Below, piece by piece: positions 8,385 to 17,761 of a DNA stretch of 29,478 nucleotides; the first letter of the stretch is position 1; each line of letters starts with the position of its first letter. The DNA comes from Pseudomonadota bacterium (GTDB taxonomy: Bacteria > Bdellovibrionota > FAC87 > UBA2466). The notes below the pieces were generated by a model, which did no database searches, was not told the DNA's origin, and was given only the letters and a program-made list of their open reading frames with translations. The stretch is from NCBI GenBank assembly GCA_043767805.1, contig JAYUGC010000104.1:1-29478 (forward strand), read 5' to 3'. Made by a program: the position numbers and the translations under genes.

Positions 8385-9479
8385 GTGAGTCGTTTTCGAT
8401 CTTCATGGCGAGTCGAGCCTAGGAAGCCGCGCATTACGGAGCTCCCTTACCCCAAGGCTTGGGGCTTCATCTTCCGTTTTTTCAAGACCTTCGATGTTCT
8501 CGGATTCCGCCTGCTCCAATTCTTCGAGGTCTATCGCTCGCAGAAATCGATTTTGGGAATTCCGTCGTTTGCGACCAAAGACTTCGCGTTGCTGCAAGCG
8601 GCCGTCTTCAACGGCACGCAAGAAGAGGTTTTGGGCTTTCGTCCGCGCCGGCTGCTTCACCGTCTCTTGAAGGGCTTACCCGATATGGAGATGTTCGAGG
8701 CGGTACGCCTGCAGCTGGCCGTCTCTGAAAAAGAGATGCGCAGCGTGGAAGTAAACACCGAGACGCGCGGGTTCATCAACGTCCAGATGCCTTGGCAGGC
8801 GCCGAGGGAACTGCCGAAGGTATCCTACCTTCGGATGCGCCCGCTTGGCGTCGACACCCTCGTGGGTCGCGTGGAACTCGGCGATTACGAAGTGATTTCG
8901 AGCCCCGTCTTTTTTCTGACAGACCAGGTGAAGTGGGTCGTCATCTCGGATATCGACGATACCATCAAGCACTCGCACATCGCGGAGACGACGACGGTGC
9001 GCTCGATTCTAAGCAGTCTCTTTCGCGGCCACTATTACAAGTACGAGGCCATCGAAGGCATGGCGGATTTGTACCGCCGCTTGGCCGCGAAGGGCGCGAT
9101 GATCGTGTATCTCACTAGCACGCCGTTTCAGCTCTCGCCGTTCTTACTGAAATTTTTGAAAGACAATCAGTTTCCGGAAGGGCCGGTCTTTCCCCGTTGG
9201 CTCGGCTACAACCGCTTTGGTCATAAGATCCGCACGCTGCGCCGGTTACTCAACAATGTAAGTCATCAACGCTGCGCGCTCATCGGAGACAGTGGCGAGC
9301 AAGATTTCCAAATTTATCGTCGCCTTTGCGAAAGCGCGCAGTATGGCAGTCATGTGGAGAAGATCCTCATCCGCCACGTTCCTGGCTCACCGCTTCTTTC
9401 CACGGCGGGGCCTCGCGAAGTGCTCTATAAAGCGCTGCCGGAACTGGAACGAGAGCTTGGGTTCATCCTCGAAAGTTGA
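8385..9479 (+). CDS. App1-family phosphatidate phosphatase-like HAD protein (DUF2183)
   Basis: VVISDIDDTIKHS (DxDxT), EGMADLYRRL, YLTSTPFQL, FPEGP, HK..L, LIGDSGEQDFQIY, ILIRHV. Start codon (GTG 8385) uncertain. Confidence 0.82.
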   Translation: MSRFRSSWRVEPRKPRITELPYPKAWGFIFRFFKTFDVLGFRLLQFFEVYRSQKSILGIPSFATKDFALLQAAVFNGTQEEVLGFRPRRLLHRLLKGLPDMEMFEAVRLQLAVSEKEMRSVEVNTETRGFINVQMPWQAPRELPKVSYLRMRPLGVDTLVGRVELGDYEVISSPVFFLTDQVKWVVISDIDDTIKHSHIAETTTVRSILSSLFRGHYYKYEAIEGMADLYRRLAAKGAMIVYLTSTPFQLSPFLLKFLKDNQFPEGPVFPRWLGYNRFGHKIRTLRRLLNNVSHQRCALIGDSGEQDFQIYRRLCESAQYGSHVEKILIRHVPGSPLLSTAGPREVLYKALPELERELGFILES

Positions 9480-9480
9480 A

Positions 9481-9508
9481 GGTCCCACCGTGATATAATA
9501 ATGGGACC
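9481..9508 (+). promoter_or_regulatory. Extended -10 promoter flanked by an inverted repeat
   Basis: TGaTATAAT at 9491-9499 lies between GGTCCCA (9481-9487) and TGGGACC (9502-9508). Confidence 0.6.
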
Positions 9509-9542
9509 GCACCAACCCATTTCGACCCCCAGGGGGAACCCT

Positions 9543-10376
9543 ATGATCCGCGTCTTTCTAAGCCTGGCCTTCGCCATCGGCGCGCCTGCTTTCGCCTTAA
9601 ACACCGCGTACGTTAATTTCGAGCATCCGGACGGATGGCGTTGTGAGCTCTCTCAAGGCGTTTGGATTTGTCAGAGCACCATCGAGCCCGATCGCAAAGA
9701 GTCGGTGGTGCTTTCCATTGCGACTATGCGTACGGAGTGGGACTCTCTCGACAACTATCTCGAGTATCTGAAAAAGCCGCGCCCGGTGCAGGATGAAGAC
9801 GGCAATCAGCTCACCTCCAAAGTCACCTACGCCCGCAAGCGCTCCATCAACGGCGTGGAATGGATCGATTCCCTTCAATATAACTCCGAGCTTCCCGGAT
9901 TCTGGGCGCGCTATTTAGCCACCGTCCGCGACAAGCTCGCCATTCTCATCACCTACATCGTTTCCGACGAATACTACCAAAAGCTCGCGCCGCAATTTGA
10001 GAAGATGGTCTCGTCGCTCAAGCCAAACGCCGAGCTCGATTTGAATTTCGCGACCCAACAGGGCGATAACCCGCTTCCGTGGAGCGAAAAGCTAGGCGGC
10101 AAGTCGCGCGAAGACACGATCAAAGGCCTACTGAATACGGGCCGCAAAGCCGCGAAAAATCCGACGGCGAAGCCCGTCGAACCGCCTGCCTCCACCGGCG
10201 GCGGTATGAGCTCCACCATGATGATGGTTGGCGGCGGCGCCGTAGCGCTGCTCCTGCTTCTGCGCATCCGCCGTAAGCGAAAAGAAAAGGCCAAGGCCAA
10301 GCAGCGTCTCCAGCGCAAAGCGCCGACGGCTCCCACGCCTCAAGCGCCCGCGCCTCCGACGAAGAAGCAGGCTTAA
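9543..10376 (+). CDS. Secreted hypothetical protein with C-terminal membrane anchor
   Basis: ATG 9543 follows GGGGGA; signal peptide MIRVFLSLAFAIGAPAFA; globular domain with FEHPDGWRC..WIC and RYLATVRDKLAILITY; Pro/Gly linker, TM helix (MMMVGGGAVALLLLL) and basic tail RIRRKRK. Confidence 0.75.
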   Translation: MIRVFLSLAFAIGAPAFALNTAYVNFEHPDGWRCELSQGVWICQSTIEPDRKESVVLSIATMRTEWDSLDNYLEYLKKPRPVQDEDGNQLTSKVTYARKRSINGVEWIDSLQYNSELPGFWARYLATVRDKLAILITYIVSDEYYQKLAPQFEKMVSSLKPNAELDLNFATQQGDNPLPWSEKLGGKSREDTIKGLLNTGRKAAKNPTAKPVEPPASTGGGMSSTMMMVGGGAVALLLLLRIRRKRKEKAKAKQRLQRKAPTAPTPQAPAPPTKKQA

Positions 10377-11707
10377 CGGTAATGGAGCTCGGTGACTTCT
10401 TTGCCGACGGCTTTCGTCAGCCGGGCGAGACTCATGTTGAGCAGATAAACCGTTTCGATGTAATTCTTACGGGCAAGGCCGTTGCCCTCTAGCGACTCCA
10501 TCAGATCCTTTGCGGCGGTAACGCCGATGGACCAGCCAAGGCCGTTCGAGACGAACCACTTGCGAGCGAGGCTTTTTCTGCGGTCGGCAATCTTCAAGCT
10601 CTCGATGGCTTGCTCGACTTCCCAAAAAGCCTTCTTCACTTCCAGCTCGATTCCGGGAACGGCGTAAGACTCTTTCGCTTTGAGCTTCATCGCTTCGGCC
10701 ATCTGTTCCGCGGCCTCGGCTGAGTGCCGTTTCAATTCGAGATCGAATTTGAGGCCGAGTCCCGCGCCGCCTTCCAAGCGGTTGAAGGGATCGTTGGCAT
10801 AAACGGAAAGCTGCCGATCGCGCACGGGGCTCCATCCATAGGAAGCAAACGCGCCGACGAAGAGCACGGGATAACTTTGGGCGCGCTTCGCGGAGGAAAG
10901 GGCGAGCCGGGCGTCCTGGCCGAACTTCAGGGCCTTGAACTCCGGCCGATTCGTTTTCGCCAGGGCGATGTACTCGGGCAGAGTTTTCAAAGTGTACTTC
11001 TCGGGCTCGAGACGGCGGTCTCCCAAGGTCTCGAACTCGGTGGCCGATACCCAGGCGACCGCCCGCTCCGCGGTCTGCTTCGACTGGCTCGCGAGCAGGC
11101 GCTTCTGGTTCAGGTCTTCGAGGTTCGTTTTCAAGTTGTAGAGGTCGTGGGGCTTCACCGGATTTTTGCGTTTCTTGTCTTTGGCCTCTTCCGCTGTCTT
11201 CACGGCTTCCGTAAGAGTTTCGGCGAGGTCTTTCACCACGTCGTCCAAGGCGGAGGCCATGAGGAACCCGTAGTAAAACTCCTTCGCGGTAAGGATGATC
11301 TCGGCCTTCTTCATTTCGGTCAGCTCGGTGTTGGCGGCGATTTGTCCCTCCGCGGCCTTCTGGTAATTCGAAATTTGTCCGAAAGTATAAAGAGGCTGCA
11401 CCACTTGGACGCCGGCTTTGAGGAAAGGGCCCCATTTGCCGGTGTTCGATACGGATCTTGTGGCGTTGCCCCTTTCTTCAAAAATAGGGGCGGCTAAAAT
11501 CATAGCGTTAGCGGTGGGCCAGGCGGCGGCATTCGCTCTTTCCAGCTGTTGGCGAGCAATCTCGATGTCTTGGGCGGATTCCGCGATCTGACCGTTCTTT
11601 TCGAGGGTATTCTTGAGGAGCTTTTCGAAACTAAGCGGGTCATCGGCGCCGAAGGCCGAGCCGAGGAGCAACATCCCCGTAAAACCTAATTTCAGCATCA
11701 GCGTCAT
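10373..11707 (-). CDS. TolC-family outer-membrane efflux channel
   Basis: Signal peptide; twofold repeat pattern LSFEKLLKNTLEKN / TLPEYIALAKTNRPE, VVQPLYTFG, AKEFYYG, VKKAFWEV, SLARLTKAVG; SD GAGGA 5 nt upstream of the ATG. Confidence 0.85.
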   Translation of the reverse strand: MTLMLKLGFTGMLLLGSAFGADDPLSFEKLLKNTLEKNGQIAESAQDIEIARQQLERANAAAWPTANAMILAAPIFEERGNATRSVSNTGKWGPFLKAGVQVVQPLYTFGQISNYQKAAEGQIAANTELTEMKKAEIILTAKEFYYGFLMASALDDVVKDLAETLTEAVKTAEEAKDKKRKNPVKPHDLYNLKTNLEDLNQKRLLASQSKQTAERAVAWVSATEFETLGDRRLEPEKYTLKTLPEYIALAKTNRPEFKALKFGQDARLALSSAKRAQSYPVLFVGAFASYGWSPVRDRQLSVYANDPFNRLEGGAGLGLKFDLELKRHSAEAAEQMAEAMKLKAKESYAVPGIELEVKKAFWEVEQAIESLKIADRRKSLARKWFVSNGLGWSIGVTAAKDLMESLEGNGLARKNYIETVYLLNMSLARLTKAVGKEVTELHYR

Positions 11708-11725
11708 CGAAGTCCTCTGTTAGCT

Positions 11726-13225
11726 ATGTTGGCCAGAAAACATCTGCTCGGAATCCAGCGTGCGATGTATCAGCGCCTCCGTGCGAGCGCGAGTGTGTAT
11801 TTCGGGCGCCTCAGCCCCGAGCTCGAACGTTATTTTCTGGAGTATGGGCGCGAGTTTCATCGATTTGGAGTGGTCACAACGAAGGAAGCACTGCTGTCGT
11901 CTCTTCTCCAGAGTCAAATTGCGCTTTGCGGAGACTATCATACCTTGTCACAGGCACAAAGGTCGGCCCGGGAAACTCTCGATGCGCTGCTTCCAGAACT
12001 GAAAAAGCAGGGGCGTTCCGCGGTCTTAGCTCTGGAGATGTTGCCTTTCGCTCGTACGGCTGAGGCCGAACGGTACCTCGCGGGCACCCTCGGGGAAGGG
12101 GCCTTCTTGAAGGCTATCGGCTTTCGGCAAAGCTGGGGTTTCGAATGGAAGAACTACCGGGAGCTCTTCCGATTTGCCGCGGAAAATGGAATCCGCGTGG
12201 TCGGTCTCAACGGACCTTCCGTGAAGGGCGCGAGCTCGGTTCGAGCGCGCGATAGATTCGCGGCCCGGGTGCTTTCCGACCTCTCGGCTGAAAATTCCGA
12301 TACCTTTGTCTTCGCCCTCATCGGGGACCTGCATCTCGCGGCGCAACATTTGCCCGGCGATTTGAACCGAGCGCTCGCGTGGAAGGGTTTGCGGCGCAAA
12401 GTCGTCACCTTGCATCAGAACCAGGAAGACCTTTACTGGAAGCTCGCCGAGCGGGGGCTCGAGGAAACCACTGAGGTCGTCAAAATGCGCGAAGGCGTCT
12501 TCTGCCTTATGAACACGCCGCCGTGGCTGAAACTGCAAAGTCTCGTGCGCTGGGAAGAGGCGGGCGGAAAGCACAATCCCGATCCGATCGACTTCGCCGA
12601 GGAGCTCGTCGAAGTCTTGGACGTCCTGCAATCGTTTCTTGGGATGGAAGAGCCCGTGGATCCGGACTTTCGGATCTGTGGCCCGAAGGACGTGAGCTGG
12701 CTCGCCCGCCGTCGTTCGCGGGAAGGGCTTGGTAAAACAGTGCTGCTCGAATCGATCGGCAAGTTCGAAGGTCACTTCGTTCCCGGTGAGAATCTGATTT
12801 TCCTCGCTGATTACGGCTTACCGGCTATCGCGAGCCAGGCCGCGCTCCTTCTGCATTTTCAGCTGAGCGGATTTCAGAAAGAGTTTTTGAGCCCTCGCCG
12901 CGATTTCTATTCTTTCGTCTGGACCGAAGCTCTCGCGTTTCTGGGCTCCAAAGTCATTTTCCCCCGCCGCGTTCCCGAATTGCCTCGCGCTCGTCCACCC
13001 CGGCTTCCCGCCACTTGCCGCTCGGCGCGCGGGATCTTGGGTTACTACGCGCAAGCGAAAGCCGTGGGCGCCGTCTTGGGCGACGCTCTGTTTCATGCCG
13101 TGGTCAAAGGGGACGTGGAACGCGACATGCTGAGATCGCTTTTCGAAAATCCCTTCTCCGATCCGCAGAAGACAAAAGCCTTGTACTTGCAATGGACCCG
13201 CCGGCTGTCAAAATCGTCTCCATGA
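11726..13225 (+). CDS. ChaN-like (EreA/ChaN/TIKI superfamily) protein with extra C-terminal domain
   Basis: IALCGDYHT, VLALEML, SWGFEWKNYRELFRFAAENGIRVVGLN, RDRFAA, LIGDLHLA match the ChaN/DUF399 pattern; no signal peptide or lipobox visible. Confidence 0.7.
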   Translation: MLARKHLLGIQRAMYQRLRASASVYFGRLSPELERYFLEYGREFHRFGVVTTKEALLSSLLQSQIALCGDYHTLSQAQRSARETLDALLPELKKQGRSAVLALEMLPFARTAEAERYLAGTLGEGAFLKAIGFRQSWGFEWKNYRELFRFAAENGIRVVGLNGPSVKGASSVRARDRFAARVLSDLSAENSDTFVFALIGDLHLAAQHLPGDLNRALAWKGLRRKVVTLHQNQEDLYWKLAERGLEETTEVVKMREGVFCLMNTPPWLKLQSLVRWEEAGGKHNPDPIDFAEELVEVLDVLQSFLGMEEPVDPDFRICGPKDVSWLARRRSREGLGKTVLLESIGKFEGHFVPGENLIFLADYGLPAIASQAALLLHFQLSGFQKEFLSPRRDFYSFVWTEALAFLGSKVIFPRRVPELPRARPPRLPATCRSARGILGYYAQAKAVGAVLGDALFHAVVKGDVERDMLRSLFENPFSDPQKTKALYLQWTRRLSKSSP

Positions 13226-14028
13226 CGTCTTGGACTCGCCCCGCCGCCGTCAGCGGCCGTTTCTACCCCAATGATCCCGAAGCGCTTCGCGCGCTGGTGA
13301 AAAAGTTTTGCCCGGCGCCCGAGACGATCCGCCGGCCCTTCGCCTTGATGGCGCCGCACGCGGGACTCATCTATTCCGGAAAATTCGCGGGCGAGGCTTA
13401 CCGCCGCTCCGAGATCCCCGACGAGGTTTTCGTTCTCTGCCCCAATCACACCGGACGAGGCGCGAAAATATCCGTCTGGGCGGAAGGCGAATGGGAAACT
13501 CCGCTTGGCGCCGTTCCCGTGGCGGCGGAGCGGGCCAAAAAGTTTTTGGAAAAACTCCCGCTCGCGCGTGCCGATCGCGAGGCCCATCGCTCCGAGCACG
13601 CCATCGAGGTGCACCTTCCTTTTCTTCTCCACCGCAATCCGAAGGTCCGCATCGTTCCCATCGTGCTGGGCGGTCTTTCTTGGCAGGAGTGTCGAGCCGT
13701 GGGAGAAGCGCTGACCGCGTGCGCGAAAGGATCCCTTTTGATTGCGAGCACCGACATGAGTCATTATTTGCCCGCGCGGGTGGCGAAGCCTTTAGATGAT
13801 AAGGCGCTCGCCGAAGTGGAGGCCGTCAATGGATCCGGTCTCTACGAGACGGTGGTCGAAAACGACATTTCCATGTGCGGCTTCATTCCCACCGCCAGCG
13901 TACTCGCGGCCTGCCGGCATCACGGCATCCAGCGTGGGGAACCGCTCGCCTATGGAACGAGTGGAGAGGTTACGGGAGACCAGGAGTCCGTGGTGGCCTA
14001 CGCATCCACCTGGTTCCTGGAGACGTAA
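13222..14028 (+). CDS. amrB: AmmeMemoRadiSam system protein B (MEMO1 family)
   Basis: Start ATG 13222 (ATGA overlap with upstream stop); RPAAVSGRFYP, PHAGLIYSG, CPNHTG, WETPLG, EHAIEVHLPFL, IASTDMSHY, ISMCG, YGTSGEV, VVAYA. Confidence 0.92.
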   Translation: MTSWTRPAAVSGRFYPNDPEALRALVKKFCPAPETIRRPFALMAPHAGLIYSGKFAGEAYRRSEIPDEVFVLCPNHTGRGAKISVWAEGEWETPLGAVPVAAERAKKFLEKLPLARADREAHRSEHAIEVHLPFLLHRNPKVRIVPIVLGGLSWQECRAVGEALTACAKGSLLIASTDMSHYLPARVAKPLDDKALAEVEAVNGSGLYETVVENDISMCGFIPTASVLAACRHHGIQRGEPLAYGTSGEVTGDQESVVAYASTWFLET

Positions 14029-14069
14029 GTGACTGAGATGGTGATGAAAACGGCGTGCGGGCCACATTC

Positions 14070-14098
14070 TTGACAGACTAAAGGGCTGGTGTTTCATT
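14070..14098 (+). promoter_or_regulatory. Sigma70-type promoter for the carboxylase operon
   Basis: Perfect TTGACA at 14070-14075; weak -10 (TTTCAT 14092-14097 or TG-n-TTCATT 14090-14098). Confidence 0.45.
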
Positions 14099-14108
14099 GG
14101 CCCCTCTC

Positions 14109-15659
14109 ATGGATTTAGAACAAAAGTTTCAGTTACTTGAAAAGAAAAACCAGGAAGCGGAACAGGGCGGCGGCGTCGATCGCGTCCAAGCCCAGCACGC
14201 CCGCGGCAAGATGACCGCCCGGGAGCGTCTGCAATTCTTCCTCGATGAAGGAAGTTTCGTGGAGCTCGATAAATTCGTCACCCACCGGTGCACGGATTTC
14301 GGGATGGGGGATAAGCAGTATCTCGGCGACGGGGTCGTCACCGGATACGGCACGGTCTCCGGCCGGCACGTTTACGTGTACGCGCAAGACTTCACGATTT
14401 TCGGCGGCTCGCTCTCCGCCACTCAAGCCCGCAAAATTTGTAAGCTCCTCGACATGGCCCAAAAGAACGGCAAGCCCGTCATCGGCCTGAACGATTCGGG
14501 CGGCGCGCGCATTCAAGAAGGCGTCGAGTCCCTCGGTGGCTACGCGGAAATTTTTTATCGCAACGTCACGGCCTCCGGCCTCATCCCGCAGATTTCCGTC
14601 ATCATGGGGCCTTGCGCGGGGGGCGCGGTATATAGCCCCGGCATCACCGACTTCATCTTCATGGTGAAAAACTCGAGCTACATGTTCCTCACGGGCCCGG
14701 ACGTCATCAAGACGGTCACCCACGAAGACGTGACCATGGAAGAGCTGGGCGGCGCCGGCACCCACAGTACTAAGAGCGGCGTCGCGCATTTCGCCAATGA
14801 CGACGAGAAGAGCTGCTTGCTCCTCGTTCGCGAGCTCCTCAACTACCTTCCGTCCAATAATGTCGACGACGTTCCCATTCTGGCGACGAGCGATCCCGCG
14901 AATCGCATGGACATGCGCCTTCGCAAGATCATCCCGGAAAACCCGAAGCTTCCCTACGACATCATCGAGATCGTGGAAGCGGTCGTGGACGATACGTACT
15001 TCTTCGAAGTGCAGAAAGATTACGCCCAGAACATCGTCATCGGCTTTGCCCGCATGAACGGCCGGAGCGTCGGTGTCGTCGCCAACCAGCCGAAAGTGCT
15101 CGCGGGTTGCTTGGACGTCGCCGCTTCCTTGAAGGCCGCGCGCTTCATCCGGTTCTGCGACGCTTTCAACATTCCGATTATCACCTTCGTCGACGTCCCC
15201 GGCTTCTTGCCCGGCACGGAGCAGGAGTTCGGCGGGATCATCAAGCACGGCGCGAAGCTCCTCTACGCTTACGCCGAAGCAACGGTGCCGAAGATCACCA
15301 TCATCACCCGCAAGGCTTACGGGGGCGCTTATTGCGTCATGGCCTCCAAGCAGCTCCGCGCGGACGTGAACTTCGCTTATCCTTCGTCGGAAATCGCGGT
15401 CATGGGACCGGACGGCGCGGTACCCATCATTTTCAAAGGCCAGATCCAGGGTTCGAAGGATCCCGAAGGCGAGCGCAAGAAGCTCGTTCAGGAATACTCG
15501 GAGAAGTTCGCGAGTCCTTATAAGGCGGCCGAGCTGGGTTACATCGACGGCGTCATCTTCCCCGAAGAGACCCGGCCGAAAATCATCCAGGCGCTCGAAA
15601 TGCTCAAGAACAAGCGCGATCGCATGCCGCCCAAGAAACACGGGAACATTCCGCTTTAG
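14109..15659 (+). CDS. pccB: Propionyl-CoA carboxylase beta chain (acyl-CoA carboxyltransferase)
   Basis: [63 protein letters not shown]-terminal KKHGNIPL. Confidence 0.93.
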   Translation: MDLEQKFQLLEKKNQEAEQGGGVDRVQAQHARGKMTARERLQFFLDEGSFVELDKFVTHRCTDFGMGDKQYLGDGVVTGYGTVSGRHVYVYAQDFTIFGGSLSATQARKICKLLDMAQKNGKPVIGLNDSGGARIQEGVESLGGYAEIFYRNVTASGLIPQISVIMGPCAGGAVYSPGITDFIFMVKNSSYMFLTGPDVIKTVTHEDVTMEELGGAGTHSTKSGVAHFANDDEKSCLLLVRELLNYLPSNNVDDVPILATSDPANRMDMRLRKIIPENPKLPYDIIEIVEAVVDDTYFFEVQKDYAQNIVIGFARMNGRSVGVVANQPKVLAGCLDVAASLKAARFIRFCDAFNIPIITFVDVPGFLPGTEQEFGGIIKHGAKLLYAYAEATVPKITIITRKAYGGAYCVMASKQLRADVNFAYPSSEIAVMGPDGAVPIIFKGQIQGSKDPEGERKKLVQEYSEKFASPYKAAELGYIDGVIFPEETRPKIIQALEMLKNKRDRMPPKKHGNIPL

Positions 15660-15670
15660 GAGTTAGCAAG

Positions 15671-17163
<1,493 letters not shown>

Positions 17164-17164
<1 letters not shown>

Positions 17165-17679
17165 TGTTGTTTTTCATCCGCTACAAAGACAAAGAGAACC
17201 GGGTCCGCGTCGAGTCGCGCAATCAGAAGATTTTCGTGAAGTTCAACGACGACCCCGAAGAAGCGGTTGACCTCGCGTACTTCGGCCACAACTGCAGCTT
17301 CCTCGATAAGGATCGCAACTTCTTCGCCAATATCGTTGGCAACAAGTCGGACTACACCGTCTGGCGGCCCGAAGGGAATTTGAGCTTCGAAGTCGAGAGC
17401 GAGTACCGCCGCATTGTTTCGATGCTGCGCGGCCAAGCCTTCGAGAACGAGAACAACGTTTACGCCAAAATGCCCGGCAAGATCGTGAAGATTCTCGCCG
17501 CGGAAGGCCAAAAAATAGAAAAGGGCCAGTCGGTCATCGTGATGGAAGCCATGAAAATGGAAAACGAAGTGCGCACGGCACGCGCGGCGTCCATCACGAA
17601 GGTCTGTGTCAAAGAAGGCCAAGCCGTCGAGACCGGAGAGCTGCTCATGGAGCTGACTCCGCCTGACTCCGACGCTTAA
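17164..17679 (+). CDS. Biotin carboxyl carrier protein subunit with N-terminal extension
   Basis: TAATG overlap with the biotin carboxylase stop; AKMPGKIVK and biotinylation motif EAMKMENE. Confidence 0.92.
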
Positions 17680-17710
17680 GGTCCGGGCCCGTGGTTCTGC
17701 GCTAATTCTC

Positions 17711-17738
17711 TAAATCCTTCGCCTCTTTAGACCGAAAA
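17711..17738 (+). promoter_or_regulatory. Sigma28 (FliA)-type promoter
   Basis: TAAA(17711-17714)-N16-ACCGAAAA(17731-17738), followed by SD AAGGAG and ATG 17762. Confidence 0.55.
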
Positions 17739-17761
17739 GAAGGGGAAGGAGTCCGTCTGCC

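Noticed and set aside
8374..8392. GGTGAGTCG direct repeat at the App1-like start
   Set aside because: Two copies of 9 bp only, one overlapping the start codon; insufficient support for a binding site.
13015..13221. N-terminal extensions in the ORF track for amrB (also 7211..7270, 17128..17163, 21676..21861, 24802..24915, 26049..26186)
   Set aside because: They overlap neighbouring genes; family motifs and stop/start couplings support the later starts used above.
14133..15641. 502-aa antisense ORF (also 1713..2759, 5753..7198, 15962..17122, 27697..28884)
   Set aside because: Shadows of well-conserved genes on the opposite strand; expected from GC-rich codon bias, with no recognisable motifs.
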